Below, piece by piece: positions 26,031 to 38,945 of a stretch of 64,000 nt of DNA (its first letter is position 1; every line of letters starts with the position of its first letter). Source of the DNA: Octopus vulgaris (lineage: Eukaryota). The notes beneath the pieces are model-generated. The model had not been told where the DNA came from. It worked only from the letters and a program-made list of their open reading frames with translations, and ran no database searches. Made by a program: the position numbers and the translations under genes. The stretch is taken from contig OX597821.1 of assembly GCA_951406725.2 (NCBI GenBank), forward strand, positions 69,006,001 through 69,070,000. Direction: 5' to 3'.

Positions 26031-26805
26031 TTGTTTTAATATTAATGACTCAGAACATGTAAGAGTGATTCACCAAAATGCCTTGTTAGATTTAGATTTA
26101 TAATATTCCTTTCATTTTTCTACTGTGTTTTCTTTATGAATATAGAGGTCATCTTCATTCTAAAAATATCATCTGCTGGGGGACTGAGAGTCGCTCTATT
26201 GTCAAGATGCTAACCAACAAAACAAAGGGTTGAGAATTCAAATTCTTTAAAGACTGGCTTTGAAAGGAGAGTGTCTTTCCCATTGGCAGTACACTGTATG
26301 GTCCACCTGAGAAATACACGCACACATGCACAAATACACACACACACATATATAGTATACAGCCGGTGACATGTAAAAAACACCATCTGAATGTGGTTGA
26401 TGCCAGTGCCCCCTGACTGGCTCCCGTGTCAGTGGCATGTAAAAAGCACCATCCGAACATGGTCAATGCCAGTACCCCCTGACTGGCTTCCATGTCGGTG
26501 GCACGTAAAAAGCACCCACTACACTCATGGAGTGGTTGGCTGTAGAAACCTTGCCACATCAGATTAGAGCCTGGTGCAGACTACTGGCTTGCCAGTCCTC
26601 AGTCAAACTGTCCAACCCATGCAAGTATGGAAAGTGGACGTTAAAGGATGATGATGATGATGATGATATAAACAATGGGTGGATGAACTTGAGAGAGTCA
26701 ATGGTCATTCAATTACATGTTATATTCTTTTACTCTTTTACTTGTTTCAGTCATTTGACTGCAGCCATGCTGGAGCACCGCCTTTAGTCAAGCAAATCGA
26801 CCCCA

Positions 26806-28130
26806 GGAGGAGGAGAGGGCTTTCTTTCACAACCAACTGCTCCAGGACCCTACTCTGGTCCTAGGGACAGTTCTTTCTGATGTGGCCTGCCTCTAGGCAC
26901 AGGTGACACTTGGGGAGGGCGTCCCTCAAGAATCACTGGGTACCTGCACCCGGACATTTTCATAAAAACCTGGGAAAATCAGATTCTTGGCTGATTGGGT
27001 CCATAGAGTCAAAACAGCTTTCAACCAAACCCAATCAGCCACAAGAAAAACTTTCACATTAAGGAGCTTGGCTCCACTACCACCCAAACCCCAGCGGATA
27101 GTTTCTTCTATCCACTCAGGTTTTATCCCAGGTGGCAACCCACAGATCCAAGCTCTTGTCAACTTCCTCCCACAATATGTGCGAAGAAACAAAATTTTAT
27201 TGCCCTCCAGGGGCCGGCTCGCAAAAATGTGAGCCTCCTCAGGGGTGTCAAACAGCAACCACACCGTTGCATATTTGACACCCCTGGAGATGAATTTAAT
27301 AGTGGGCAAATATTTTGCCAACTCTTTCTCAATTTCGCTCTTTTGAAAAAGGGCGATGGTGTCGAGTGACTTGGAGTATGTTTGTAGCACCATCGTACTC
27401 TCTTCAAAGTCTTTCTTCCACTGTTTGGGTGGGACAATTTCCCACTCCAATGCAGTGTTATTTATCTTCTTTGCCATATTTCTTCTTTGAAAAAAAGTCC
27501 ACAAAAACAAAAGTTCAAAGTTCAAAAAAACAAAAATACAGGAAGGAAGAAGACGAGAAACAGTTAAAAAAACACAGCAAATTCTTCTGGCTGTTCTGGT
27601 ACTCCTGGTAACTTGGTAATCCTCCTGGCAAGGGCAAAAAACAGTCACAAAAAATACACAATTTTCGGAGGGATACGCCCTCCCCCTAAACACACTTCTC
27701 GCTGCTAAAACACAACCACAGGCAGACAAATGCTTGGAATTCAGGGGAGATTTCTTGTTCGACAAAAATAAACCCCCACTGAATCCCTGCAAAAAACAAA
27801 AGTCTTACTTAGTAGTTGTGCTAAAAACATAGCAAATTCTTCTGGCTGTCCTGGTACTCCTGGCCAACTTGATAACCCTCCTGGCAAGGGCACAAAACAG
27901 TCACAAAAAATAACACAATTTTCAAAGGGATACACCCCCAAAACACACTTGTCACCGCTGAGAGAGACTTTAAACACAACCACAGGCAGACAAATGCGTG
28001 GAACTCAGTGGAGATTTCTTGTTTGACAAAAATAAATAAACGCGAGCAACAGACCCCACTGAATCACCAAAAAACAAATGTTTTACCTAGTAGTTGTGCT
28101 TTGATAATTCACAACGCTGGTATACTAAGA
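26806..28130 (-). mobile_element. L1/Tx1-like ORF1 (gag-like) element with tandem 5' repeats
   Basis: ORF from 27477 (MAKKINN...TYCGRKLTRAWICGLPP), frameshifted into knuckle CHLCLEAGHIRKNC (~26867-26910); ~255-bp unit duplicated 27565-28100. Confidence 0.75.
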
Positions 28131-28426
28131 TGTAACTCCAGCAGCAAAGAAGGATGCGTCCACACAGTAGTGAGGGAAGCAAGCTTCTTACTACAAAACT
28201 ACGCTTCATAATAAAAAAAATGCAGGAGAGAAGTAGGAGAAAACTTTTCAAATATAAATAAAGTGAAAGTATACAAAAATAAACACTATTTTCCGTTTTA
28301 CTTTTAGTTTTATTTCATTTTGAAATACTCCAGTGAAGAAATAAATATTTCAGTTTTTTAATTAACAATTAAATGCCTCTGATTTTGTATATATATATAT
28401 ATATATATATATATAACATTCTAGCA

Positions 28427-28473
28427 AAAACTGTCCGACGAACGGAAATGGGAAACTCAGAGTAACAGGTTTT
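28427..28473 (+). ncRNA. Hammerhead motif, U4C variant (H4), in PLE-like tail 28415-28573 between (TA)n tracts
   Basis: AAAACTGT-CCGACGA-ACGGAAATGG-GAAA-CTCAGAG-TA|ACAGGTTT; second family copy at 51433-51590 (-). Confidence 0.6.
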
Positions 28474-28571
28474 GTTGAATTTTCTGCTGCTTTAAATAAA
28501 GCATATTACTCTACCACTGGTATTTAAGTACTCTTTTTTCCCACCTTGTTTCACATTTATGTGTTTACTCC

Positions 28572-28606
<35 letters not shown>

Positions 28607-28619
28607 TATTTTAATATTG

Positions 28620-29842
28620 TTTACTCTTACTCTTACTCTCACTTTTACTCTTTTACTTGTTTCAGTCATTTGACTGTGGCCATGCTGGAGCACCGCCTTT
28701 AATCGAGCAACTCGACCCCGGGACTTATTCTTTTGTAAGCCCAGTACTTATTCTATCGGTCTGCTAAGTTACGGGGACATAAACACGCCAGCATCAGTTG
28801 TCAAGCAATGCTAGGGGGACAAACACAGACACACAAACACACACACGCATACATATATATACATATATATATACAACAGGCTTCTTTCAGTTTCCGTCTA
28901 CCAAATCCACTCACAAGGCTTTGGTCGGCCCGAGGCTATAGTAGAAGACACTTGCCCAAGGTGCCACACAGTGGGACTGAACCTGGAACCATGTGGTTGG
29001 TAAACAAGCTACTTACCACACAGCCACTCCTGCACCTATATGTTTATATATATTGTTTTATTATTGTTTATATTTTGAATTACATATATATGAGGACACC
29101 AAAATCTTTTTAAGTACTTAGAGCCACAGTGGATTTTAATCCAGCCCTGATTATAACCTCTAACACTGTCACACTGTTTCTGTTAATTGCTCCGTCAAAA
29201 CCACTTACAACAATAAATCTGTTTTTCCTATCATACTTTAACTTCAAAACATCTCACTTAAAGTCATGAGGGCTCATTAATCTTATGAGTCACAAGCAAA
29301 TTTACTAGTGCTGATGTCACACACACACACAAAAAGAAGGTCCCTGTCACACCCTGTAAAGTAGTTTGCATAAGAAAGGGCATCCAACTATAGAAATTAT
29401 ACCAAAACTGAGACATTGAGACAAGAAGTGGTCTGATTTGTTTGATCCTGCCAAACCACCCAACCCATTCCAACATGGAAAGTAGGCATAAAAAGATGAC
29501 AATGACAATTATGATGATGCACACACACACAAACATATTGTACGTAACTTCAGTATACACACACATATATACTCTTTTACTCTTTTACTTGTTTCGGTTA
29601 TTTGACCGTGGCCACGCTGGAGCACCACCTTTAGTCAAGTAAATCGACCCCAGGGCTTATTCATTGTATGCCTAGTACTTATTCTATCGATCTCTTTTGC
29701 TGAACTGCTAAGTTACAGGGACGTAAACACATTACCATTGGTTGTCAAGTGATGTTGGGGAGACAAACACAGACACAAACATATACACACACGTGTATAT
29801 ATATATATATACATATACATATATACGATGGGCTTCTATATA

Positions 29843-29902
<60 letters not shown>

Positions 29903-30076
29903 CACATATATATGATGGGCTTCTTTCAGTTTTTGTCTACCAAATCCACTCACATGGTTTTGGTCGGCCTGAGCTTATAGTAGAAGACACTAGCCCAAGG
30001 TGCCATGCAGTGAGACTGAACCCGGAACCATGTGGTTTGTAAGCAAGCTACTTACTACACAGCCACTCCTACGCCT
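28620..30076 (-). mobile_element. Two near full-length family A SINEs (28620-29036, 29570-30076) with a family B relic between
   Basis: Same tail/head motifs as 4108-4680. Confidence 0.85.
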
Positions 30077-30297
30077 GTACATAACTTCATTATACATACC
30101 ATATGTTTAGAGACTGGAGTAAACAGAACAAGAGGAGATATGTAGGATGGATAGTTGTTGAAGAGGTCACAGAATGTGTGATGAAAAATTTACATACAAA
30201 GGTCACTAAGATAAGAAAAATAATAAACTGAAGTGAAGAACAAACTTATAGAGCGTGTGGTTAATTGGCAAAAAAATATGACCAACCCCAAATATAT

Positions 30298-30347
<50 letters not shown>

Positions 30348-30372
30348 AGGTTTGGAGATGATGTACAGGTAT

Positions 30373-30649
30373 TATATATTAGAAGAAATGAGGTAATCAG
30401 AAGATCGGATGGTTCATGTTTATAGATATTTATTTATATATTACATTTTTTACATATATATATCATATCATTCAGATTATTAGCGCTTTCTCCCATTCCA
30501 GTGGGGTTTTCAAATTTGATTTGAAAACCCCACTGGAATGGGAGAAAGCGCTAATAATCTGAATGATATGATATATATATGTAAAAAATGTAATATATAA
30601 ATAAATATCTATAAACATGAACCATCCGATCTTCTGATTACCTCATTTC

Positions 30650-30661
<12 letters not shown>
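30373..30661. repeat. Perfect palindrome (143-bp arms, 3-nt spacer) of a PLE-like end with hammerhead-like motif (H5) in each arm
   Basis: Arms are reverse complements about 30516-30518; core TTGAAAA-CCCCA..TGGGA-GAAA-GCGC-TA at 30521-30553; single-arm copy at 53195-53332. Confidence 0.9.
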
Positions 30662-30686
<25 letters not shown>

Positions 30687-31089
30687 TCGGTAGCTTTCTT
30701 ACAAAGGGATCTAATGCTCTTAGACTTTTTTGGGGGTAACCAGATTGAACCATCTCAAAATGGTTGTGACTTCTGGGACTTGACTGATGAAAGAAAGCCA
30801 AGAATAACCCATCTTATTTTGCTTGTCCTAGTTGTTGTTTCTCCCGTCCGCCGTTATTTGATTTTGTCTGTTTCAGTACTTTTGATACAATAAAGCCATT
30901 TTATTATATCTATCCAATGTATGAAATAAAATTAATCTAATGATGCAGTGGTTGGTAAAATCTATATATTTAGCCCATAGGATTTAGTTTGAAAAACAAA
31001 CACTAATATCTATCTGTAAGTTATTTAACAAATATGCCCCTCTCCTTTATATCAAATTTCACAATCCTTTGGGTCTTGCAAATATATAA

Positions 31090-32516
31090 ACTGCTCTTCA
31101 AAATTATAAAGCCAGAGCACTATCTGTTTTTTCTGGTGAACTATACTATTCAAATTCACAAAACTCACCTGTAGATAGGAAATGGAATAGAAAAAGGCAT
31201 TGCAATATTCAAATTTATTGAAATCTAAAAATGAATTAGATGATAATTCAAAAAAACATACAGAGCCAGAAACCCCTTGTTTAAAATTATAACGCTAAGT
31301 TGAATAATGTTGCAGAAATGATGTAAAACAAGGAAATTATGATATATTTCAATGATATTCTCATGCAATACATTAACAATTGTGTGTTTGACTACCACCT
31401 TTATGAATTACTTCAAAGACGCACAATTTCATATTCCCTATCAACTTCTGCAGCAGATCAAATGGAAGCTCTTCCCAGGCTCCCAGGCCTTCTTCATTGC
31501 TACTTCAAGTTCATCAACAGATGAATACTGTTTGCTTTTGCTGTACACAACATTTATGAAATATCCCCAGGCATTTTCTATAGGCTTATGGTCAGGATTT
31601 CTTGCTGGCCATGCCATGACTTCAACCTCAATCGCATGGAGGAAGTTCAAAGTTGCTTTGCTAGATGAATAGGAGCATTGTCCTGTTGCAATATGAAGTT
31701 GTCATGGAGTCTTCTATCTTCTTTACCAATGTGATCCCTGTCCAACATATCTATGTATTGCACAGCATTGAAATGACTATCCATGATGGCAAGTGACAGC
31801 TTCCCATTGGCAGATTTTGTTCCCCACACCATAAGACCTCCTCTGCTGTTCTGCCACTTGGAATATATAGAATTTTGTATACATTTATCTGCCCTGTAAT
31901 TCTTATAACCGTTGGAGGTCATCCAAATTCCATTTTTTCTCATCGGAGAACAGAACTTTGATCCATTCACCATCCCACATCTGATGCTGCCAAGAAACAG
32001 AAGAGCAGTATGACTTCTTCACAGCTCTGACAGTGGCCCTTTCATCCCTTTCTGATGTAGCCTTGGGATGAACCTTGTTGTAGCCGTTAGGATCTTTCAG
32101 GAAATTATCCACTGCTTCACTGAATCTTCTTGGCAATCTTCTGGTTACTCATTCTTTTCACTTTCAGTGCAAGAATCTTCCCTTGTTCAATTTTGGAAAA
32201 CTTTGTAGCTTTAGGCATACTGGAAATGTAATCTAAATTATGGTGAATAAGATTGAGTTGAATATTTTCCAAAACAGTCTGGAAAGAAATGAAAGTGTAT
32301 AGTGGCTTTATAGTTTTGAAGTGTTATATGGTAGGGAAAATTGGAAAATCAGGTGTTGTCGTGGGATAATAGAGGTACAAGTTTTATATTTCAAAGTATT
32401 CATGAAATATCCATATACAATATATTATGCCACTTAGTCTACTTAAATGCAGAGCTAGATTTTTTTAAATAACTTAAAGAAAAAAAACTGGTGGCTTTAT
32501 AGTTTTGAATAGTAGT
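31090..32516 (-). mobile_element. Near full-length defective Tc1/Tc3-like (DD34E) transposon
   Basis: TIRs ACTGCTCTTCAAAATTATAAAGCCA / TGGCTTTATAGTTTTGAATAGTAGT with inner repeat at ~32302; frameshifted transposase from 32218 (MPKATK) with VLFSDEKKWNLD, FILQQDNAPIH, WPARNPDHKPIENAWG. Confidence 0.88.
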
Positions 32517-32761
32517 TTAGATGTGTAAATGTGTGTGCATATATATTTGTGCGTGTGTGTGTGTAGGGGGGCATGCAAGCTGTGTCCTCAAGAAGCTCAT
32601 CTACATAGTTCAGTTCTCCAAAGTGTATCTATAGATTCCCTATGAGAGAATAAAACACTGGAGAATACAGGAAAATACAAGAAAATATGTATTTCAGAGT
32701 AATTACGTATTAAAAGAGAAAAATGGAAAAAATAAATAATACCAAAATTTATCAGTTTTCT

Positions 32762-32830
<69 letters not shown>

Positions 32831-32832
<2 letters not shown>

Positions 32833-33277
32833 TAAGAAAGTTGGTTTGTGAAAGCACGTGGGTGAATATATAGAAAATAGTAAAGAGTGAAAAAACTACA
32901 GAAGGCTTAAATGTTAAAAAATATATATATTTGCGTCAATATGTCTGAAGAATATTAGAAAATTAAAAAAAATTTTTTAAATTATGTCTCTTATAATGAC
33001 ATAATTTAAAAGAAAGACCGGTTTCGCGTGTAGCTTTTCAAATGTCTTGCGACGTTATGTTTATGTTGAATAGAGTTATCGTTATGTTTATGTTCAGAAG
33101 AGTTCTAAATAAGGGGAGGTAGTGAGTGATTTCTTCCGGTGTAAGGGAGATAATCGCTTAAAAATTTTTTCCTTTCCCTTGGTGTGAATTTCTCTGTATC
33201 AGTATGTTCGGATGGTTGAGTCTGGGCTTATACTTTTCAATGAAGAATGTTTCCTTGTTTAGTCTAATTTGTGTGTG
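32831..33277 (-). mobile_element. Penelope-like element 3' remnant: GIY-YIG endonuclease C-terminus + 3' UTR with hammerhead-like motif (H6)
   Basis: Minus strand reads HTQIRLNKETFFIEKYKPRLN (typical PLE GIY-YIG end, E..FI....P.LN); TTGAAAA-GC..GC-GAAA-CCGG-TC at 33041-33016; ends on (TA)n. Confidence 0.7.
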
Positions 33278-33887
33278 TTCAGAGAGATACTTTTGTTAGT
33301 AACTAAGTAACTAAGGGCCTCTCCTTCAGAGTGAAAGGCAGATTGTATGATGCCTGTGTACATACAGCTATGTTACATGACAGTGAAACATGGGCTTTGA
33401 CTACAAAGGACTTGCAAAGGCTTGAAAGAAATTAAGCTAGCATGCTCTGCTGGATGGATAATATAGTCTAATTTGTGTGTGTGTGTGTGATCATTCCTTC
33501 TCCTCGTTGTTTACACATTAGGAAGGGCATCCAGCCATAAAAACCCTGCCAAAACAGACACAGTAGCCTGGGGTGGTCTTCTACCGTCCTATCCCTGCAT
33601 GCATGAAAAACAGATGTTAACCAATGATGATGATGACAATGATGAGAGACATACATGCACACACCCACACACACATAGATGCACACACACACATATATAG
33701 ATGCACGCTTGTGCTCACACACACACACATGTATATATATATAATATAAATAATAATATAATATAAACAGTTGAAAAACACTGTTATAGATTATGCCTGA
33801 CCGAAAACGATCACAGCCACATCATCCAAACAGACCGGGTGTAACCGGGCTTAGCTGCTAGTATATATATATATATATATATAATCA

Positions 33888-34650
33888 TCATCATCGTTTA
33901 ATGTCCACTTTCCATGATAGCATGGGTTGGACGATTTTGACTGAGGGCTGGCGAACCAGATGGCTGCACCAGGCTCCAATCTTGATCTGGCAGAGTTTCT
34001 ACAGCTGGATGCCCTTCCTAATGCCAACCACTCCAAGAGTGTAGTGGGTGCTTTTTAAGTGCCACCGGCACAGGGCCAGTCAGGCAGTACTGGCAATAAC
34101 CTTGCTCAAATCTTTTTACGCATGCCACTGGCACAGGTGCCAGTAAGGCGACGCTGGTAATGATCATGCTCGAATGGTGCCTTTTACGTGCCACCGACAC
34201 AGAAGCCAGTTAGCCGCTCTGGCAACGATCACGCTCAGATGGTGTTCTTGGCACCCTACTAGCATGGGCACAAGTGCCAGTAAGGCGACGCTGGTAACGA
34301 TCACACTTGAATGGTGCCTTTTATGTGCCACTGGCATGGAAGCCGGTTAGCTGCTCTGTCAATGATCACACTTGTATGGTGCTCTTTGCACCCCACTAGT
34401 ACGGATGTCAGTCATCGAATTTGATTTTGATTTTGATTTCACTTGCCTCAACAGGTCTTCGCAAGCAGAGTTTAGTGTCCAAAGAAGGAAAAGGTATGCG
34501 TAAGTGAGCTGGTTATGCTCCTGGCATAGGCCACAAGGTTATGGTCTCATTTGGCTTGCCGGGTCTTCTCACGCACAGCATATTTCCAAAAGTCTCGGTC
34601 AATAGTCATTTCCTTGGTGAGGCCTAAAGTTCGAAGGTCGTGCTTCACCA
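33888..34650 (-). mobile_element. Long family B copy continuous with RTE LINE 3' end
   Basis: Six ~60-bp tandem units then RTE C-terminal-like KTWDEVVKHDL at ~34610-34647. Confidence 0.7.
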
Positions 34651-35189
34651 CTTCATCCCAGGTCTTCATATAATATAATATAATATATTATTTGATTCTC
34701 TGTATGAAGAATTTCTAATAGGAAATTTCTCACATGCTTCTCCAGCATGTACATTTTGTGATTCCTATTAGTAAATGAAACATGTGTAATGGTGAATAAA
34801 TAACACCTAAAATTTTTCAGATTGCTGTTTTGTTTTATAATATACATACGCATACATACATATGTATATATATATAATCATTGTTCAACATCTGCTTTCC
34901 ATGCTGGCATTGGTTGGATGGTTTGATATAGAACTGGCTAGCTGGGAACTGTCCAGACTCCAATTGTCTGTTGTGGCATGGTTTCTATGACTGGATGTCC
35001 TTCCTAATACCAGCCACTTAAGAGAGTGTGCTGGGTGCTTCTTACATGCCACCAACATAGGTGCATTTACACAGAACTGACATGGGTGCATTTATGCAGC
35101 ACTTGCATGGGTGTATTTACACAGCACTGACACGGATGCTTTTTATGTGGCACCCACACCTGAAAGGACAGTGATTCTATTTAGCTTGA

Positions 35190-36715
35190 TGCATCTTATC
35201 AAGTACAGTAAATCACCACATCTCATGGTCCCTTGTCTTCCTTAGTGAGGCCCAGTGTCCAAAGATCCTTTCTTGCCACTTCATCCCACATCTTCCTGGG
35301 TCTACCCCTTCCACAGGTACTCTCCACAGTTAGAGCTCAGCACTTCTTTACATAGCTGTCCTCATTCATATGCATCACATGACCAAACCAGTGCAGTCCT
35401 CTCTCTTGCACACATCTGATGCCTCTTATACCCAGTTTTCCTCTTAAATCATTTACTTTCTGTTACGCATGCACACTGACATTATCCATCCAGCAGAGCA
35501 TGCTAGCTTAATTTCTTTCAAGCCTTTGCAAGTCCTCTGTAGTCAAAGCCCATATTTCACTGTCATGTAACATAGCTGTATGTACACAGGCATCATACAA
35601 TCTGCCTTTCACTCTGAAGGAGAGGCCCTTAGTTACTAACAAAAGTATCTCTCTGAACTTTGCCCAGCCTGTTCTTATTCTAGCAACCATGTACAAGTGG
35701 TTCAGAACTCCCTTCACCACTACTAACTTGGTCTCCTAGATAACAGAAGCTATCTACTACTTCTAATGATTCCCCCAAGCATTTGAGGAAGTCTATTGCC
35801 GGTGCATTTTTAGGGCTTATTGTACTGGCACATTTGCCATGCACAAAGACTATATTCTTTATTAGCCTTCCTGTGATACCGCTACACCTCTTATGTGTCC
35901 GAAACTTGCACTGGGTACAATGTATGGAGTTTCTACCAATACCCTTCTTACATATTGAGGACTTGTGATTTGTCTGTTTTCCTACTTACTAGGACTTTGG
36001 CTTTAGCTAAATTAACACCAAGGCCCTTATTCTGGGTCTTGTTTCCACACTTGAAATTTCTTCTCTATGTCAGGTGGTGATTCAGCTATAAGAACAAGGT
36101 CATCAGCATAGAGGAGCTCCCAGGAACAGCCAGTCTTAAATTCCTCTGTTAAGGCCTAGAGGACTAATATAAACAAGAAGGGGCTAAGAATTGAGCCTTG
36201 GTGAACTCCTACCTGTACACTGAATTCATTGCTATACTCACTGCCAACCCTCACCTTACTGGCAGATCCCTGTACATGGCTTGTACCACTCTCACTAACC
36301 ACTCATATATCCCAAACTTCTATATTGACCACCAGATAAGGGAACAGGGGACCCTGTCAAAGGCTTTCTCCATGTCAACAAAAGCCAGGTACAGAAGTTT
36401 ATGTATGACTAAATACTTCTCCTATAGTTGCCTGACTGGGAATATAGCATCAGTTGTGCTTCTACCTGGCTCAAATCCGAACTGAATCTCATCCATACTA
36501 ACTTACTTCCTAATTAATTGAGCTATGAGCCTTTCTATGACTTTCATCACCTGGTCCAGCAATTTGATGCCTCTGTAATTATTTCTTTCTAAAACATCAC
36601 CTTTGCCTTTGTAACAGTTGATCATAATGCTGCTACACCAATGGTTGGGTATGACTCCCTCATGGACAACCTGATAAAATATTACAGATGACTAGGCCAT
36701 ATCCTACTCCACCAT
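35190..36715 (-). pseudogene. RTE-clade LINE reverse transcriptase, decayed
   Basis: Minus-strand motifs NYRGIKLL, QFGF.PGRSTTDAIF, LAFVDMEKAFDRVP, PWELLYADDLVL, ARIRTGWAKFRE; stops and frameshifts. Confidence 0.9.
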
Positions 36716-37402
36716 GGGACCTCTATTAATTTTGTCTTCAGGTCCTAATTACTAATAAGCTATCCTTTTAATTTGTTGTTTACACTTTTACCGTTTTGAA
36801 AATCAGCACATATTTTCAACAACTTTTCTTATAAGATTGACAAAGGAAGTTGAGTTTAACCCTAGGCATTAGGAGCTACTGATGAGAATTAAGATGGTCT
36901 ATGTCAAAATTCAAAATCACGATACAGTTATATACACTAGGGACTTACCTCACTTTCTCAGTCATTAAGTATAGTTCTTTAGTGGTTTTGGAGTTAATTT
37001 AACTCTTATTTTAGCATAAGCAATGCTAGTTCAGTATCCTCCGTCACTTTTGTGACCCCTATTAATTTTGCCTTTAAGTTCTTATTGCTAATAAGTCACC
37101 CTATTAATTTGTTATGTATGTGTGTATATATATATATATATATGCACACATATATATATACATTCATACATACATCTAAATTAGTCTTGTGTCACCTACT
37201 TCATTGGTGATGTAAGAAGAGGAAAATGTTGTCATATATCAACAACTTGATTGCAGACACGACCTGGAATGTATCCAGGACCTTGAGGCAGTGATGATGG
37301 ACCAAGAAGTGTAGTTGGTGGACTTTTGCTAGTGTGGCCATAATGAATAATAATAAATAGTAACTAAAAATAATATAATATATATATGCACACACATTCT
37401 GC

Positions 37403-37459
<57 letters not shown>

Positions 37460-37890
37460 TTAGAGATAAAATCACTATTAGGCAAATCAAACAGTGAAAA
37501 ACATAAGCCAATACATAAAATTAATTTAAAAATATAAAAGTTAAAAATTAAAAATTATTTAAATAATTTAAACTTATAAATTTTATATATATATACAAAT
37601 ATATATATATATATGTATGTATAATATTTTTATATTTATATATTATTTTATTAATTAATTAATTTTTTTTTTTTACATACACACATACATATATACATAC
37701 ATACATACATACATGCATCAGAACTAGTTCAAAAGGTGAAACGTAGAGTGACCCTACATTTCGGTTTCAATACGCACAAACACATATGTAAGTGTACTTT
37801 GACTGTGACCATGCTGGAGCACTACCTTTAGTTGAACAAACCGACTCCAGGTCTTATTCTTTGTAAGCCTAGCACTTATTCTGTTGGGTC

Positions 37891-38945
37891 TGTAGCATAG
37901 CTGATATCCTCACTGTTTGAGAGATATATTCTCATGTTAGATAACAACCATCTTCGGCAATTTTGACCCTGTTGTGTCCACTGCTCTGATTGGTTGACAG
38001 TGGCACAGCTTGTCTCTTGACTTATTTCGCGCCAGTGTGTAAGCCAACCAATCACGGCCTTCGGATAAGGTCCCACGACATAGTTTTTTTTGGGTTTCAC
38101 TGGAGCCCACCTCAGGTTATAAAAAGGCCCCAGCATTCACGATTTCTCGTCTTAGGTTCCAGTCCTTCTCAGGACTAACCTCTGACCACAGAGCAACTTA
38201 ACCATGTTCCAGATTCTCAGCCAGTTCCTGCTTCAGCCGCGACAAGACAACATACAGCAACTCAATGATGCCTTTCTTCACCACCGTAACTTTCATCTTG
38301 ATGACGCCTTTCTCTGCCGCTGCCATTACCATCAACGTCCTTCAACTTCACGTCGTCTTCATCTCCAGCAATACCAATACATACTCAGCACTCACTCAGG
38401 TTTAGCTTTCTCGCTGTTGTGATTTTCACTAAGGTTAACAGCATGGCACTACGGGCAAGAATTCCTGTATCAAGAGACCTGGCATAGCACTGAAGCCCAA
38501 ACCACTACATGGCATGAGTTCAACCGGCATTCTGCCTTGTGGCCCCAACATCCTGTTATAGAACTATTACTATTGTGTAATCTTACTACGACTTGGTAAA
38601 TTAACTCTATCTTGTCTAAAATATACTGAGAGACTCATTCTATGCTCTGTATTGTATTCTGCATACACCTTGTTTGTACTTCTGTCACACACATGAACAC
38701 ACTGACACAAACACTTGTCATATGCACACAGACACTCCACTTTGCTAGCACCCATAATTTATATTATTGTACATATCTGTAAAAAAAGTCTTCTTCTCTC
38801 AAACAGTAGAACGGTTGTCATCCTTATTATTCCTTTTGGCACTTATTTTTTATACCATTTATTTGGCTTATTTTGTTAGGGCGACCGTGCGGCGTTAAAA
38901 AGGAGACATTTCTGTCACCACTTACGTACGGTCGTTTTCCCTATA
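37891..38945 (+). mobile_element. Probable solo LTR inserted in a family A SINE
   Basis: TGTAG...CTATA ends (CTACA expected), GGTC duplicated at both sides, CCAAT (~38048) and TATAAAA (~38118); SINE resumes in register after 38949. Confidence 0.65.

Noticed and set aside
26926-27792. 288-aa ORF as a host gene (ZCCHC3-like)
   Set aside because: Intronless, frameshifted before the zinc knuckle, N-terminal part is repeated UTR; retroelement ORF1
30785-30815. Isolated CTGATGA (also CTGAGGA at ~56708 and CTGATGA at ~48217)
   Set aside because: No matching stem II-GAAA-NUH-stem I arrangement
34040-34400. ~60-bp repeated units resembling a CRISPR array (also 145-300, 26350-26520, 60030-60200)
   Set aside because: Units are degenerate along their whole length, internal to a dispersed RTE-associated repeat; no unique spacers or cas genes; eukaryotic context
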